DNA of 64,000 bases. It comes from an uncultured Planctomycetota bacterium (GTDB lineage Bacteria; Planctomycetota; Planctomycetia; Isosphaerales; Isosphaeraceae). The notes below the pieces were generated by a model. That model made no database searches. It was not told the DNA's origin and saw only the letters and a program-made list of their open reading frames with translations. Numbering within the stretch: position 1 is the first letter of the stretch; each line of letters opens with the position of its first letter. The stretch lies in the NCBI GenBank assembly GCA_963845755.1, contig CAWJTV010000011.1, positions 1,248,001 through 1,312,000 of the forward strand, in the 5' to 3' direction. Below, one piece after another: positions 1 to 12,295 of the stretch. Position numbers and translations under genes: made by a program.

Positions 1-750
1 ACGATCCCCAGGTAACCCAGGTCGTTGGCGTGGATGTCGGTGCAGTTATCCTCGGGCAGCGCGAAGGCCGTCTTGAACTTGCGCGGGAGATACGTCTTGC
101 CATAGAGCGGCTCGACCGGATCGTCACCGGCGGTGGGCACTTGCGCCGGACCGGCCGGCGGCAGCGATTGGATTTTCTCGCCGTCCAGCCAGATGTCCCA
201 GTAGCTCGTGGACCTCGGTGCGCAATGCGAGGCCCAGCGCTGGGCATCGGCATGAAGGAGCTCGCGAACCGAATCGGTCAGGGGAGCCGGGCAGCAGAGC
301 ACGTTCCGCTCCACGTCGCCGCAGGCCGCCAGGGTTGACAGCAGGCTCTCGTTGATCCGACGGATCGTGGCCTTGAGGTCTTCCTTCAAGACCCCGTGGA
401 GCTGGAACTCCTGCCGGGTCGTGATCCGCAGGGCGCCGTTGCCGATCGTCCGCGCCATGTGGTCGCAAGCGAGGTATTGCTCCGCCGTTAACCGACCGCC
501 GACGATCCGCACCCGCACCATGAACTGGTGCGCCTTCTCTTTGCCTTCCTTCTTCAACGTCCTCCGGAGGTCGCGGTCGTCCTGCTGGTACGAGCCGTGG
601 AACTTGAGGATCGTCGCTGCCTCTTCGCTGATGTGCGACGAGCCATTGTTCACCTCGTCGATCAAGAGCGTCCTGAGATACTCGCTGGCCAGCTTGATCG
701 CCTCAACCTTGCTCGGCTTCGGTGCCGCCGGCCGGTCTGGTCGGCTCCAT
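1..750 (-). CDS. cysI: Assimilatory sulfite reductase hemoprotein (CysI/Sir-type), N-terminal part; runs off the window start; apparent frameshift in the first ~10 codons
   Basis: Manual minus-strand translation: KPSKVEAIKLASEYLR...LKFHGSYQQDDRD...FMVRVRIVGG...LRITTRQEFQLHG...STLAACGDVERNV. AAGGAG precedes the ATG at 750. Absent from the ORF track. Confidence 0.88.
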
Positions 751-808
751 GGACTCCTTTGACCTCCCAGGTCGAAAGTTCAGCTTTCACGTGAAGATTG
801 TGATGTTT

Positions 809-837
809 ATTGTATAAACGAGGTGGGGATAAATCAA
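809..837 (-). promoter_or_regulatory. Putative sigma70 promoter for the sulfite reductase gene
   Basis: Minus strand TTGATT-N17-TACAAT in an AT-rich patch about 60 bp upstream of the ATG. Confidence 0.5.
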
Positions 838-968
838 CTGCTCAGCAGGCCAGAAGGTGATTGAGGAACGGGCCGGCAGGGGGTTGGACGCGGCGGCCCG
901 TTCGGGGCGTAGACGCGATCCCCGATCCCGGCCTCTCGACAATCACGATTTCCCTTCCGTGGACCGAA

Positions 969-2200
969 TCAGCGGGGAATCGCCGGGGACGCGGGTATAT
1001 CGGGAGGAGCGGGGACGTTCAGAGGCTGTTCGAGCACGGCGCCATCCTTCTTGACGGCATCGGCCTTCTTCTTTTCCGCCTGGCTGCGAATCGCCTGATC
1101 GAGTTGCCGGACGATCATATCGGTGTTGTCTTCGACCGAGGCGGTGCCGGGAGCCGAGAAGACGAACTCGGTGACATTGAGGGGGGCGTTGAGTTTGACG
1201 TCGGTGTATTCGAGGATGATCTTGGTGGGTTCGACCGTCTCGATCGAGCTCAACGAGCCGATGGGCCGGCCGTCGGGGCCGCGCTTGCGGGTGTCCATCT
1301 CCGGGTGCGCTTTGAGGTCGACGACGACCGAGGGTTTCTGACCCTGGATGATGAGTTTGTAGGGCCAGGAGTCGTCCTTGCCGATGTAGAGTGAGGCGAT
1401 GCCGGGGATATAAGACGGCAACATCCCCATCTGGGGGACGGGTCGGGAATCGGGCCCCATCAACCCTTGCCGGGTCTTCCACTTTCCGCGGAAGATCCAG
1501 ACGGGCTTGCCGTCGAGGGTCCCTTCCTCCCTGGTTTCGAACCGGAAGAGCTGGCGGAGGCCGACCAAGAGGGTCTCGGGGCCGGCCAATCCCATCTGGC
1601 CAAGGGCCTGTTCCTTGAGCTTCGGGTCGAGCTCGGGGGAGCCGAGCCGCTCCACGATCGGTTTGATGCTCAACTTGCGATAGGTCTGAGTCTGGAGGAC
1701 CTGCTGGTAGTCCCACAACGTTTCGCCGTCGCAGATCTGAAGGGTGGTCCCGCCGGTCTCGGGGAGGCCGGAGACCGTGAGCCGGAGGTACACGCGATGG
1801 TTGGGAGCCATGCGATAGTCGCCCCGGATGGTGAGGTGCTCATTCAGCATCTCGACAGTTTCCACCACCTTGGCCACCACCGATTGGAGCTTGGCAAGCT
1901 TCGCGGTCGCCTCGTCGATGAGGCGTTCGGCCGGGGTCGGGGGCTCCTCGGCCTTGGGAATGGCGGGTTCCTGCGCGGCGACGCTCCCCGGGAGCGCGGG
2001 CATGACCGGCCCGGTTGGCGGCGCCGGGGCGGCGCCGGGCGTCTGGCCGCCGATCCGCGGGTCCTGGGCCGAGGCGGCGCAAACCACCCGGACAGGATGG
2101 CCAGGCCGAGCATCGACGCGGCGCTCAGGAGACAGGCACCGGTCCGCGGGGAAGGGACGCGGTTGGGGGCCCAGCGACGGGGACTCGACGGCTCGGTCAT
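969..2200 (-). CDS. Exported LolA-like (lipoprotein carrier fold) planctomycete protein; frameshift near 2080
   Basis: Body in ORF 969..2387 (TLQICDGETLWDYQQ, SLYIGKDDSWPYKL, YTDVKLN...FVFSAP). The signal-like N-terminus MTEPSS...CLLSAASMLGLAIL is in another frame. Confidence 0.6.
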
Positions 2201-2773
2201 TCGGAAAGACTCCCGGGAACCAGGTCGGTGGCCATCTCCCGTGTCGATTCCATCGGCCGTGACGGCATCGCGACTCGAACGGGTCCACCAAAACACGGCG
2301 CCCGGCACGGAAGGAGATGATCCGATTATTAAGTCTGATTGGGATGTACGGCAATTCCTCAAGGGTCGCGGAGGAATGCCCGATCATAATCGCTAGGCGT
2401 CAGGAGACGCAAGTCCGCGTTTCGTCCTGAGAAAATGTCCGAGGACGGCGTTCGGCCGATGTCGGGTGGGTGAAGCTCACCAGGATCGGGCCGCTTCGCG
2501 GTGGGGTTCAACACCCGACTGGGTCCTCGGATCGTCTCTTGAGTCCTGAGCATGGGGTTCTTGCTGGCCCGGGAGTTCGGAAGCGGCGACCAGGGACGAT
2601 GAGGACCCAGGGACTTGAGGACCCATGGACGAGAGGCCCGGCTCGGCCCAATCCGACCGGTCCGAGTCGGTCGCGGTCAATGTTAGGAAGACAAGCATTC
2701 TCCCCGCTCGACGGATTCGGGTCCCACCGGCTTCGGGCCGGCCCGGTCTGTGCGAGGGAGTTGGAGGATTTCC

Positions 2774-3829
2774 ATGCAAGCATTTGGAATGCTGCTGCTG
2801 GCGGCAGCGACCGCCGGCGACGGATTTGGATATAGCGAGCCGGGCGTCCGGCTCAAGAAATGGTTGCGTCCCCACGCCGTGGTCTCGGCCGACGCGCCGG
2901 GGCCGCCGCAGTACACGGCCGCCTCGATGGGAACGGGTGGACCTACGGGTGCCACCCCGGGCCGGCGGTTCGTCAGCACCCGAAGCCAGATCTACTTCCT
3001 CGACCCCAATGGGATGCAGATCGGCTGGCAGACCGGCGGCGGGTCCGGCAGTGAGCGGTCCTACGTGCCCGCCCAACTGACCGTGCCGGCCCGCTACAAC
3101 TTCAATCAGGGCTATATCTACCGGCTGAAACTCACCACGATTCCCGGTCGTCCTGCCAACGTCACGCTGTACCCGACCATTGAGGTGGCCCCGACCACAC
3201 CGAGTACGGACGCGTACCTGGCGCATAACGCCATCCCGGTCCAGTTCACGCCCGAAGACTTCGATCAGGTCCTCGATGGCGGCAACTTCGTGACCAAGGT
3301 GATCTATCTGCCCGATCCGAAGTTCCAGGAGCTGGCGGTCTCGGGCGTCGAGACCCTGGTCTCGACCCGCTTGGAGCCGGGGATCGACCCGATCCTCGAG
3401 GCCGACAAGCGCGGGACGATCCTGCTGATCGTCCGGCTGGGTGCCATCGACCTGGAGATGCCCGGTGGTGGTAGCGTCCTGGGCGGTGCGGCGAGCGGTC
3501 CGGCCGGCGGCGCCACCGTTGGCGGCCACCCCGCCACCATGACCGCGCCGGCCGGCGCCCCGGGCGTGATGGAACTGCCGCCCGGCGCCCTGCCACCGGG
3601 CATGACGCCCACGCCGCCGGTGGCCCCCGGCACGGTCGTGCTCGATCCGCCCGCGGCGGCGGCGCCCGCGGCGGGGACGCCCGTGGCCCCGGCGCCCGTG
3701 GCCCCGGCGACCAATCCTGCCCCGGGCCCAGGACCCCAAGCCGCGGCCCGCACCTCCGGCGAAGTCGCCGGGCCCGTCGCGGTCGCTCCCGACCCCGCCG
3801 ACCTCAAGTCGATGGAGTCTACCCCCTGA
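2774..3829 (+). CDS. Conserved secreted planctomycete hypothetical protein with Pro/Ala-rich tail
   Basis: GGAGG RBS and signal peptide [14 protein letters not shown]. Core [16 protein letters not shown]...[11 protein letters not shown] is paralogous to the next gene. Confidence 0.75.
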   Translation: MQAFGMLLLAAATAGDGFGYSEPGVRLKKWLRPHAVVSADAPGPPQYTAASMGTGGPTGATPGRRFVSTRSQIYFLDPNGMQIGWQTGGGSGSERSYVPAQLTVPARYNFNQGYIYRLKLTTIPGRPANVTLYPTIEVAPTTPSTDAYLAHNAIPVQFTPEDFDQVLDGGNFVTKVIYLPDPKFQELAVSGVETLVSTRLEPGIDPILEADKRGTILLIVRLGAIDLEMPGGGSVLGGAASGPAGGATVGGHPATMTAPAGAPGVMELPPGALPPGMTPTPPVAPGTVVLDPPAAAAPAAGTPVAPAPVAPATNPAPGPGPQAAARTSGEVAGPVAVAPDPADLKSMESTP

Positions 3830-3874
3830 TCCGTGGATCAGTGGTCAATTCGCGCGTTGAACAACCCCAGCCCC

Positions 3875-3980
3875 GTTTTAGCAAGGTCTCCCGATCTTGC
3901 CATGCGGCCGACCGTAGGTCTCCCTGCTCGGGAGGCCTACGGTCCCCTCTCACGGCGGGGTCGGGAGACCCGCGCCGAAC
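3875..3980. repeat. REP-like nested palindrome
   Basis: GACCGTAGGTCTCCC/GGGAGGCCTACGGTC hairpin inside degenerate outer arms GGTCTCCCGA.../...TCGGGAGACC. Confidence 0.55.
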
Positions 3981-4252
3981 CGTCGTCTGTTCCGAAAGGC
4001 GGTCCAACGCCCGGCCGCAACCGATCTCTCGCGGTGACCACGAGCGTCAGCCCGTGGTTCGCACGGGGGACCTCCAACCTCGCACGTCAGTGCGATCCCC
4101 TCAGCCGTTTCGGACTGACGCCCGAGGCTAGCGGACGTTCGTCCCGTCCGAACCACGAACTAATGTGCGTGGTCACGACGGGTCGCGCCCAGAATCCATC
4201 GGATGCCTCCCGATGGAACAGACATCAGAAATCTGAATATTTGAGGATTCCC

Positions 4253-6073
4253 ATGAGACGCCCAGGAAGCACTGGCCGGTGTGGCCGGTTGGCGATGAAG
4301 ACCGGGCTAGCCCTTGCCCTCGCGCTGGGGCTGGCCACGGCGGAACTCGAGGCACAAGACGTTCCCGGGCGGCTCCCGCCCGGTGCCGTGCCGTCGTCGC
4401 CGGCGACCGGGGTTGCCGTCGTCGGTCCGACGACCGTCGAGGGCGGCGCGACGGTGCCGGCCCCAGGTTCGGCCGTTGAGGCCGCGACCGGCGTGCCCGG
4501 GCCTCGGGCGCCCATGCTGTCGCCGGACATCCAGGTCGTCCGGTTCCAGGCGCCCGAGGGGGTCGCGGTCGAGGTCCTGGGACCGACCCCCACCCCCGTG
4601 CCGCAGGGCGACCACGGCGGAGTCCTGACCACGGGGCTCAAGCGCGGTGTGGGATACCGACTCCGGATCTTCAATATCCCCGAGCGGCCGGGTGCCGAGG
4701 TCTTCCCGGTTATCGAGGTCGTGGGGCACCTGCATCGTCCCGAGGGAATCGACCCGGGCAAGTATCCGATCCGCGTCATCTTCACCAGGGATGACCTCGA
4801 TACCGTCCTGGACCTCGGCCGGCTGGTGACCAAGGTGATCTACCTGGAAGACCCCGATCAGGCGTTACCCTTGCGCATGGCCAAGGATCAAATCCCGGTC
4901 GTGTCGCTCAACCCGGCCGAGCACCCCTTGCGGGTGGCCTCGGCGCTGGGGCGGCCGATGGCGATCGTCCGGATCGGCGGCCGGCGGCCCACGCTCGAGG
5001 AGGTCGATGGCGGGTCCGCGGGCGACCTCGGGCTGGATTGGGTCGGGGGGATCGGGACGGGGCCTTGCCCCTATCTGAGACAGGACGGCACCCGCTGCCC
5101 GATGCCGTGCGGGCCGGTGTGCACCGCGCCGGCCCCAGCGGCCCAGACGGCCCTGCCGAGGGATGAATACCTCTGCGACGGCGGCGACCGGGGCATTCGT
5201 GCGACCGTTGGGCCCAATGGCCTGCTGGGCGGCATCGAGCCGCGCGACGCGGTGGTCCGCTTCGATATCGGCCTGGGAGAGCGCGTCCAGCCGCGCGTCC
5301 TGCCGACCAATGTCGTCTGCCTCTACGCCCCGCGGTTCGCCGAAGTCCGGGTCACCACGGGTACCAACGCGACGATCGACGTCCAGGGGCCCCGGGTGGG
5401 CCACGTCGTCGAGACGCCGCTCTTGGCCCGGAACGAGGCCGGGGCTCGCCGCATCGCCCAGAACCAATCCGCCGAGCTGGCCCGCAATCGATCGCGGGCC
5501 TCGGGCCTGAAGAGCCGCGAGTGGATTGGCGAGGAGTCGAACGACCGCCGGGCGGGCGGCTTCGATAATACCACCCAGCTCGCCTCAAACCTCCAGAAAC
5601 AGAACACCGAGCTGGCCCGCAACCGTGAGAAACTCCTGACGAGGCGGAATCGGATCCGCCTGGAGGGCATCAAGACCGCCACGCCGCCTATCGTGACAGG
5701 GGTCGTCGAAGGGGCCGGCGAGGCAGTCCGGGTCTTCGGGCCGCACTCGATGAACGGCGTCGAGACGCCGCCCAATCGCCCCGGCCTGGCGGTCATCAAG
5801 CGCGTCAGCGCCACCGAGGCCGAGCCGGGCGATAGCCTCACCTACGTGATCGTCTATCGCAACATGGGCAACACGCCGATTCGCACGGTCACCATCGCCG
5901 ACAGCCTGCTACCGCGCCTGGAATACGTCAAGGGCACCTCGCGCGGGCCTGAAGGGACCTCTTTCTCCAGCGCCGTCAATCGCGTGGGCTCGACCGAGCT
6001 GCGCTGGACGCTCCCCGGCATTATCGCCCCCGGCGCCTCGGGACATGTTTCCTTTGAGGTGATCGTGCGGTGA
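4253..6073 (+). CDS. Secreted protein with C-terminal DUF11-like (Ig-like) domain
   Basis: Signal peptide MKTGLALALALGLATAELEA. C-terminal IKRVSATEAEPGDSLTYVIVYRNMG...VTIADSL...LEYV...VSFEVIVR. Start could be 4253 or 4295. Confidence 0.75.
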   Translation: MRRPGSTGRCGRLAMKTGLALALALGLATAELEAQDVPGRLPPGAVPSSPATGVAVVGPTTVEGGATVPAPGSAVEAATGVPGPRAPMLSPDIQVVRFQAPEGVAVEVLGPTPTPVPQGDHGGVLTTGLKRGVGYRLRIFNIPERPGAEVFPVIEVVGHLHRPEGIDPGKYPIRVIFTRDDLDTVLDLGRLVTKVIYLEDPDQALPLRMAKDQIPVVSLNPAEHPLRVASALGRPMAIVRIGGRRPTLEEVDGGSAGDLGLDWVGGIGTGPCPYLRQDGTRCPMPCGPVCTAPAPAAQTALPRDEYLCDGGDRGIRATVGPNGLLGGIEPRDAVVRFDIGLGERVQPRVLPTNVVCLYAPRFAEVRVTTGTNATIDVQGPRVGHVVETPLLARNEAGARRIAQNQSAELARNRSRASGLKSREWIGEESNDRRAGGFDNTTQLASNLQKQNTELARNREKLLTRRNRIRLEGIKTATPPIVTGVVEGAGEAVRVFGPHSMNGVETPPNRPGLAVIKRVSATEAEPGDSLTYVIVYRNMGNTPIRTVTIADSLLPRLEYVKGTSRGPEGTSFSSAVNRVGSTELRWTLPGIIAPGASGHVSFEVIVR

Positions 6074-6240
6074 CGACGGCGTGCCCCGAGTGGCCCATCC
6101 GGTCATTGTCAACCCAAGCGCCTGCGCTCGGATAATAGCCTCCACGGTGATGACCTCACCAATCCGCCCTCTCTCGAGGCGGTTACGGTGTAACCTTTCC
6201 GACGGCCCGGGAAGGATCCACCGTAGGAGGCAATCGAGCG

Positions 6241-6858
6241 ATGAGTGCGGACGCAGGAGACACAGAGGACCTGATCGAACGGGCCGGCCGGGGTGATTCC
6301 CTGGCGGTGGGAACGCTCCTGGCCCTGCACCGTGATCGGCTGCGTCGGATTATCGCCGCACGGCTAGATTCCCGCCTCCTGGCGCGCGTCGATCCGTCGG
6401 ACGTCGTGCAAGAGACCCTGGCCGAGGCCGCCGCGGCGTTCCCGCGCTACGCGCACGAACGCCCGATCCCGTTCCTCGCCTGGCTGCGACAGTTCGCCTG
6501 GCAACGGATCGTGAAGCTCCACCGGTTTCACATTCACGCGCAGCGGCGGAGCGTCGTCCGCGAGGCGGACCTCGCGCCGGAGCTACCCGACGAGTCCGTG
6601 CTGGAGCTGACCCGGCGCCTGACGGCGGACGGAACCAGCCCGAGCCAGGCCATGATCCGCGATGAGTCGCGTCAGAACGTCCGCCATGCCCTCGCGAAGC
6701 TCGCCGCCTCCGACCAGGAGATCCTCCTCATGCACATCGTCGAGCAGATGACGATGGCCGAGGTTGCCGGCGTGCTGGGGATCACCGAGGGCGCGACGAA
6801 GGTCCGTCACCTGCGCGCCCTGCGCCGGCTCCGAGTCCACCTGGACCCGCCACGATGA
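6241..6858 (+). CDS. ECF sigma-70 factor, planctomycete kinase-associated type
   Basis: RVDPSDVVQE (region 2.2), FLAWLR, TSPSQ, and region 4 HTH ending RALRRLR. AGGAGG RBS. Overlaps the kinase start. Confidence 0.9.
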   Translation: MSADAGDTEDLIERAGRGDSLAVGTLLALHRDRLRRIIAARLDSRLLARVDPSDVVQETLAEAAAAFPRYAHERPIPFLAWLRQFAWQRIVKLHRFHIHAQRRSVVREADLAPELPDESVLELTRRLTADGTSPSQAMIRDESRQNVRHALAKLAASDQEILLMHIVEQMTMAEVAGVLGITEGATKVRHLRALRRLRVHLDPPR

Positions 6859-9673
6859 TCACGACGAGCCCCCACATCACCAGCAGCGCGACGGACGAAC
6901 GCCTGGCCGAGCTGGTCGAGCGGTTCCTCGATCGGCTGCGATCAGGCGAGGCGATCGATGCCGGATCGTTCGCCGCCGAGCATGGCGAGCATGCCGCGGC
7001 CCTGCTCGAGATCCTGCCGGCGGTCGTGGCCCTGGCCGGGTTCCCGGACAAGGATCCCGCACCCGGATTCCCGATGAACGCGGAAGTCGTGCTCGATGCC
7101 GGGGTGCTGGGCGATTTCCGGATCACGCGTGAGATTGGCCGCGGGGGGATGGGCGTGGTCTACGAGGCGGAGCAGGTTTCGCTCGGCCGCCGCGTCGCGT
7201 TGAAGGTCCTCCCCCACTTCGCTGCCCGGGACCCCAGGCAGCTCGCGCGGTTCCACGTGGAGGCCCACGCGGTCGCGGCACTGAACCATCCCAACATCGT
7301 GCCGATCTTCGCCGTCGGCAGCGATCACGGCGTCCATTACTACGCGATGCAATTCATCGAGGGACGCTCGCTGGCCGACCGGATCGCGGTGGCTCGTCGC
7401 GAAGCGGAAAGCGGCGGCAGCCGGCCTCGTCCCGGCCTGGCGCCAGCGGAGGTCGCGCGACTGGGCGTTCAGGCGGCCTCGGCGCTGGACCATGCTCATG
7501 GCCTGAGCATCCTCCACCGAGACATCAAGCCGGCCAATCTCCTGGTCGACGAGACGGGCCGGCTCTGGGTGGTCGACTTCGGCCTGGCCCGCGTCCAGAC
7601 CGGTAGCGACCTGACCCCGACCGGCGACGTCCTGGGCACCCTGCGCTACATGAGTCCGGAACAGGCCCTCGCGCGGGGGATGCTAGACCCGCGCAGCGAC
7701 GTCTATTCGCTGGGGATGACCCTCTTCGAGCTGCTGGTCCTGCGCCCGGCTTTCAACGGCGACGATCGCCAGCAGATCCTCCGCCAGATCGCCGAGGAAG
7801 AACCGGTGCGGCTCCGGAAGATCGACCCGACGATCCCGCACGATCTGGAGACGATCATCCTCAAGGCGATGGCCAAGGAGCCGCTAGGGCGTTACGACTC
7901 GGCGAGCGAGCTAGCCGAGGACCTCCAGCGCTTCCTCCGGGAGCAGCCGATCCGCGCCCGCCGCCCGCGTCCGGTCGAGCGGATCGGCCGATGGATGCGG
8001 CGTCACAAGACGGCCGTCGCGGCGACAGCCGCCATTCTCCTGCTCGCCATGATCGGCCTGGCCGCGGGATACCTCATGCTCTGGAAGGAGCAGGGCCGGA
8101 CGCAGGAAAACCTCGAGATGGCCTTGAGGTCGCTCGACAAGCTCCATGTCTACCTCGGCGAAGAAGGTCTCAACACGAATCCCGAGCAGACGGAGTCGAT
8201 CCTGGCTTCCTTGGAGGCGGACCTGGTCCTCTACGAGAGGCTCGCCGGCCAGAACCCGCAGAATCGCGAAGCCCTTTGGGGCGCGGCGCGGGCTCATCGC
8301 CGGATGGGCGACATCCGGGCGCGGACCCCCTCCCAGCTCGACAAGGCCGAGGCGGCCTATCGCGTGGCCGACCGCCTGCTGTCGGGGCTGTCGTCCCAGG
8401 CCCCCTCCGACTTTCGCTTTCGCGAGGAGCGGGCCCTGACCCTCGGGAACTGGGGAAAGCTCATCTATCATCTCGGCGGCCAGCGCGGATTTCGAGGATC
8501 CCTGGCCGCGGAGGCACCGTTACGCCAGGCCCTCGCGATCGATCGAGACCTCATCGCAAACCGCCCGATGGAGGCGCGGTATCAGCGAAGATTCGTCCAG
8601 AACGCCTTCTACCTGATCGGCGTGCTGTTCATCGCCGATCGGCACATCGAATGCGAGCTTTGGCTCACACAGGCCCGGGATGTCTTGCGGGGGCTGGCCG
8701 ACGGTTCGCTCACGGATCGCCTGGACCTCGCCGTCGACTACAAGCTGCTTGGCGACATGATGCATGCCACCGGCCGTCCCGAGGAAGGCGCCCGGGCTTA
8801 CGACCAGTCCATCGTACTGATGGAATCCTTGTCCCACGAATCCTTCGCCTCGCCGGCCGATCGCCGTTCGGTCGTGGAGCTGTTCGGACGGTTGGGGCAG
8901 CATTCCTTCTGCTCCACGAGCCAACCCGGGAAGGCGTTGGAATTCTACGCCCGAGCGTTACCCACCTGGGATCGACTCGTCGCCAGGATCGATCTGATGC
9001 CCGCCGAGCAATACACCCGAGTCCACGCCCACAGTTACCTTGGTTATCTCTTCGAGAACAACGACCGCCCGCGAGACGCCTTGGCTCCCCGCCTTCGGGC
9101 GGTGGAACTGGGCGAGGCGCTGCTCAGGGCCCACCCGTCGGTGGCGGAGTATCGGAAAGGATTGGCGGGCAACGCCCGCGACCTGGGTTTCGTTCTGGCC
9201 AAGTTGGGACGGGCCGGCGAGGCGTGGCCTTACTTCGATCGCTCCCTCGAGCTGGTGCCGGAGACGCCCGACTCAAGCAAGACATCACCTGGCGTCTGGT
9301 GATCTATCCCAATCCCCGACCGGCCCGCGCGATCGAGATCGCGGAACAACTCACCCGGGATCATCCGGATGATCCGGCGTCCTGGAGTCGCCTGGGCCAG
9401 GCGCGGGTCCGGGCCCGCGACTGGCCCGGAGGGCAGGAGGCCCTGGAGCGCGTGATCCGGACAGCCAGGGGGGGCGATGTCAACGATTGGCTGTTCCTGG
9501 CCCTGGCCCGCTGGCACCGCGGCGACGCGCCCTCGGCCCGCCGTTGGTACGACCAGGCCGCGGACGCCCTGGATCAATCGACGGGCCCCGGAGATCCGGC
9601 GATCGATCTCCTCCGAAGCGAGGTCGCGGACTTGATCGGCGCGGGCGGTTCCCCGCCTCATCGAAAGCCCTGA
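6855..9673 (+). CDS. Ser/Thr protein kinase with TM segment and TPR-like repeats; frameshift near 9280
   Basis: GRGGMGVVY, VALK, HRDIKPAN, DFGLA, GTLRYMSPEQ. The TPR tail (WLFLALARWHRGD...ARRWYDQA) continues in another frame to the stop at 9673. Confidence 0.88.
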
Positions 9674-9757
9674 ACGAAGCATCCTGACACGTACTGTCTC
9701 GACAGGCGTTCGCCGGGACGTCCCCGGTGTGCGCACACCTTTTCCGGAGTCCGACCC

Positions 9758-10635
9758 ATGAACCGATCGTCTTGCATCCGCGTAACGGCTGCCCTCGTAT
9801 CCCTGGCATCGATCCTCGCCGCGACTCGCCCGGCGAGCGCCGGCTTGATCGGCAATGATGACAAGAGCGGCACTCTCTACAACGTCAACCCCTTGACCGG
9901 CGCCGCATCCGACCCCCGTGCCACAGGGATCTCGGGACTCGTCGGCATCGCCTCCAGTCCCGGGGGCGTCCTGTATGGGCTCACCAGTTTCGGTGGCGGG
10001 CCGACGCCGGATGCCCTCTACCGGATCGACCCGATGACCGGCGCCTCTTCGCTCGTCGGGGCGACCGGGCTCAAGAGCATCTTCGAAGGGGACCTGGGTT
10101 TCGACCCGACGACCGGCGTTCTTTACGGCGTCCAGAACGTCACCTCCCAGGGCCTGGGGCTCTTCACCATCAATACCGACACCGGCGCGGTGACGATGAT
10201 CGGCAATGTCGAGAGGTTCGGCGACCTGTCGGACATCGCCTTCGATAAGTCGGGGAATCTCTTCCTCCTCGACGACGACCAGAACGGCATCAGCAACCTG
10301 CTCGAGGTCAACAAGTCGAACGCATCGATCCTCAGCACGGTCCGGCTGAGCCAGACCCTCGGCCCCGTGGGGGGGATGACCTTCGACCCCAACTCGGGGA
10401 AACTCTACGTGGTCAACGGGACGGACGGCCCGTATACCGGGACCAACAGCTTTTACACGCTCAACACGACGACCGGGCGCTCGCGCTGATCGGCAATACG
10501 GGCCTCTCCGCGGGACTGTCTGGCCTGACCTTCACTGTCGCCTCGGTCCCGGAGCCCGCAACGGGGATCCTCCTGGGGCTCGGCACCGTCGCGCTGGTCA
10601 TCTTCGGTCGTCGCTCGGGATCCAGGACCGCATGA
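9758..10635 (+). CDS. PEP-CTERM sorting-domain protein with beta-propeller-like repeats; frameshift near 10480
   Basis: Signal peptide and repeats such as LYRIDPMTGA. The shifted frame ends VPEPATGILLGLGTVALVIFGRRSGSRTA*. Confidence 0.8.
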
Positions 10636-10750
10636 TCTCTTTCCGGATCCGCATCCCGTTGGCGGTTGAACTCGAATCGGCTTCGCGGTACGCTGGGCGA
10701 GTGTTCGAGAATTGTTCGACAATTCGTCCGGCGGTCTCGGGAGACTGGGG

Positions 10751-12270
10751 ATGCTTCGAGTCCTGGGCGGTCCGAAACGCCTCTGCGACGGCGTAACGCG
10801 GCGGGAGTTGCTCCAGGTCGGCTCGCTCGGATTGCTCGGGCTGGGCCTGACAGAATGGCCGGCCCTGACCGCGGCGCGGGCCGGCGAGCCGCTCCCCTCG
10901 GCGAGCCTGCCGGGTTTCGGCCAGGCCAAGGCGTGCATCCTCTTGTTCATGTACGGCTCGCCCAGCCAGCTCGAGACCTTCGACCCCAAGCCCGACGCGC
11001 CGGTGGAGATCCGCGGTGAGTTCGGGTGCATCCCGTCCAGCGTCGCCGGCCTGAACGTCTGCGACCGGCTCCCCCGGCTGGCGCAGGTGATGGACAAGGT
11101 CACGGTGATCCGATCGGTCACGCATCCCTACCCGCTCCACGGCGTGGCGTTCGCAACGACGGGCATCCCCCGGATCGACGTCCCGCTGGAGCTGAATCCG
11201 AAGGACCCGAGCCACTATCCGTTCATCGGCTCCGCGGTGGATTACGTTGACGGCCGCCGGAAAGAAGGGGCGAAACCCGGGCGATCGCCGGTACCCCGCA
11301 ACCTGGTCCTTCCCTGGGCGTTCAGCAGTCATCGGGTCGGAGAGGTCCCGCGCTCGGGGCCGTATGGCGGATTCCTCGGCCAGGCCTATGACCCGGTCTG
11401 CACGGAGTTCGCCGGCAAGGGGACGAACGTCGGCGCAAGACGCTGGCCGGCCAGGTCTGGGAGGATGTCGAGCCGTATCGCGGGATCACGCCGGAGAGCC
11501 GGTTCCAGCTCAGCTCGGTCACGAACCTCGGCCCGGATCTGACCCTCGACCGACTCGACCGCCGTCGCACGCTCCTGGAGCAGATGGAAGACCTGCGCCG
11601 GAGCGCTGATGCGTCGGTCTCGCGCTCCTCGGGCATCGACCGCCATCGCGCGATGGCCTACGACCTCGTCAACTCGCCGAGCCTGCGGCGGGCGTTCGAC
11701 CTGGGCCAGGAGCCGGACGAGAACCGCGAACTCTACGGCATGACGCTCTTCGGCCAGGCAGCTCTGACCGCCCGACGGCTGGTCGAGGCCGGCGGCCGGT
11801 TCATCACCGTGTTCTGGGACGAGTTCGGCCTGGCGGGCACCGGCTGGGACACGCACTGGGACCACTTCCCGCGAATGAAGGACGAGCTGCTGCCGGGCCT
11901 CGATCGCACGCTCTCCGGCCTCTTGATCGACCTGGACCGCCGCGGGCTGCTCGACGAGACCCTGGTCGTCCTCCTGAGCGAGCACGGCCGGACGCCCAAG
12001 CTCTCGCTGACCAACGGCGGCGGGCGCGACCACTGGTCGCGCTGCTACTCGGTCGTCATGGCCGGCGGCGGCGTGGCCCGAGGCACCGTCGTCGGCCAAT
12101 CCGACAAGATCGCCAGCGACCCCGCCGAACGCCCCGTCTCACCCAAGGACATCCTGGCCACGATCTATCATCTGCTGGGTATCGACCCCCACACGTTCCT
12201 CGCCGACCTCCAGGGTCGGCCCATGCCGCTGATCCCCGACGCCGAGGTCATCGGCGAAGTCCTGGCGTGA
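10751..12270 (+). CDS. DUF1501 domain protein; frameshift near 11435
   Basis: TRRELLQVG, GSPSQLETFDPKP, ARRLVEAG, WDTH, EHGRTP, GRDHW. Confidence 0.88.
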
Positions 12271-12295
12271 GGTTTGTTGACAATTCCACACAGCC

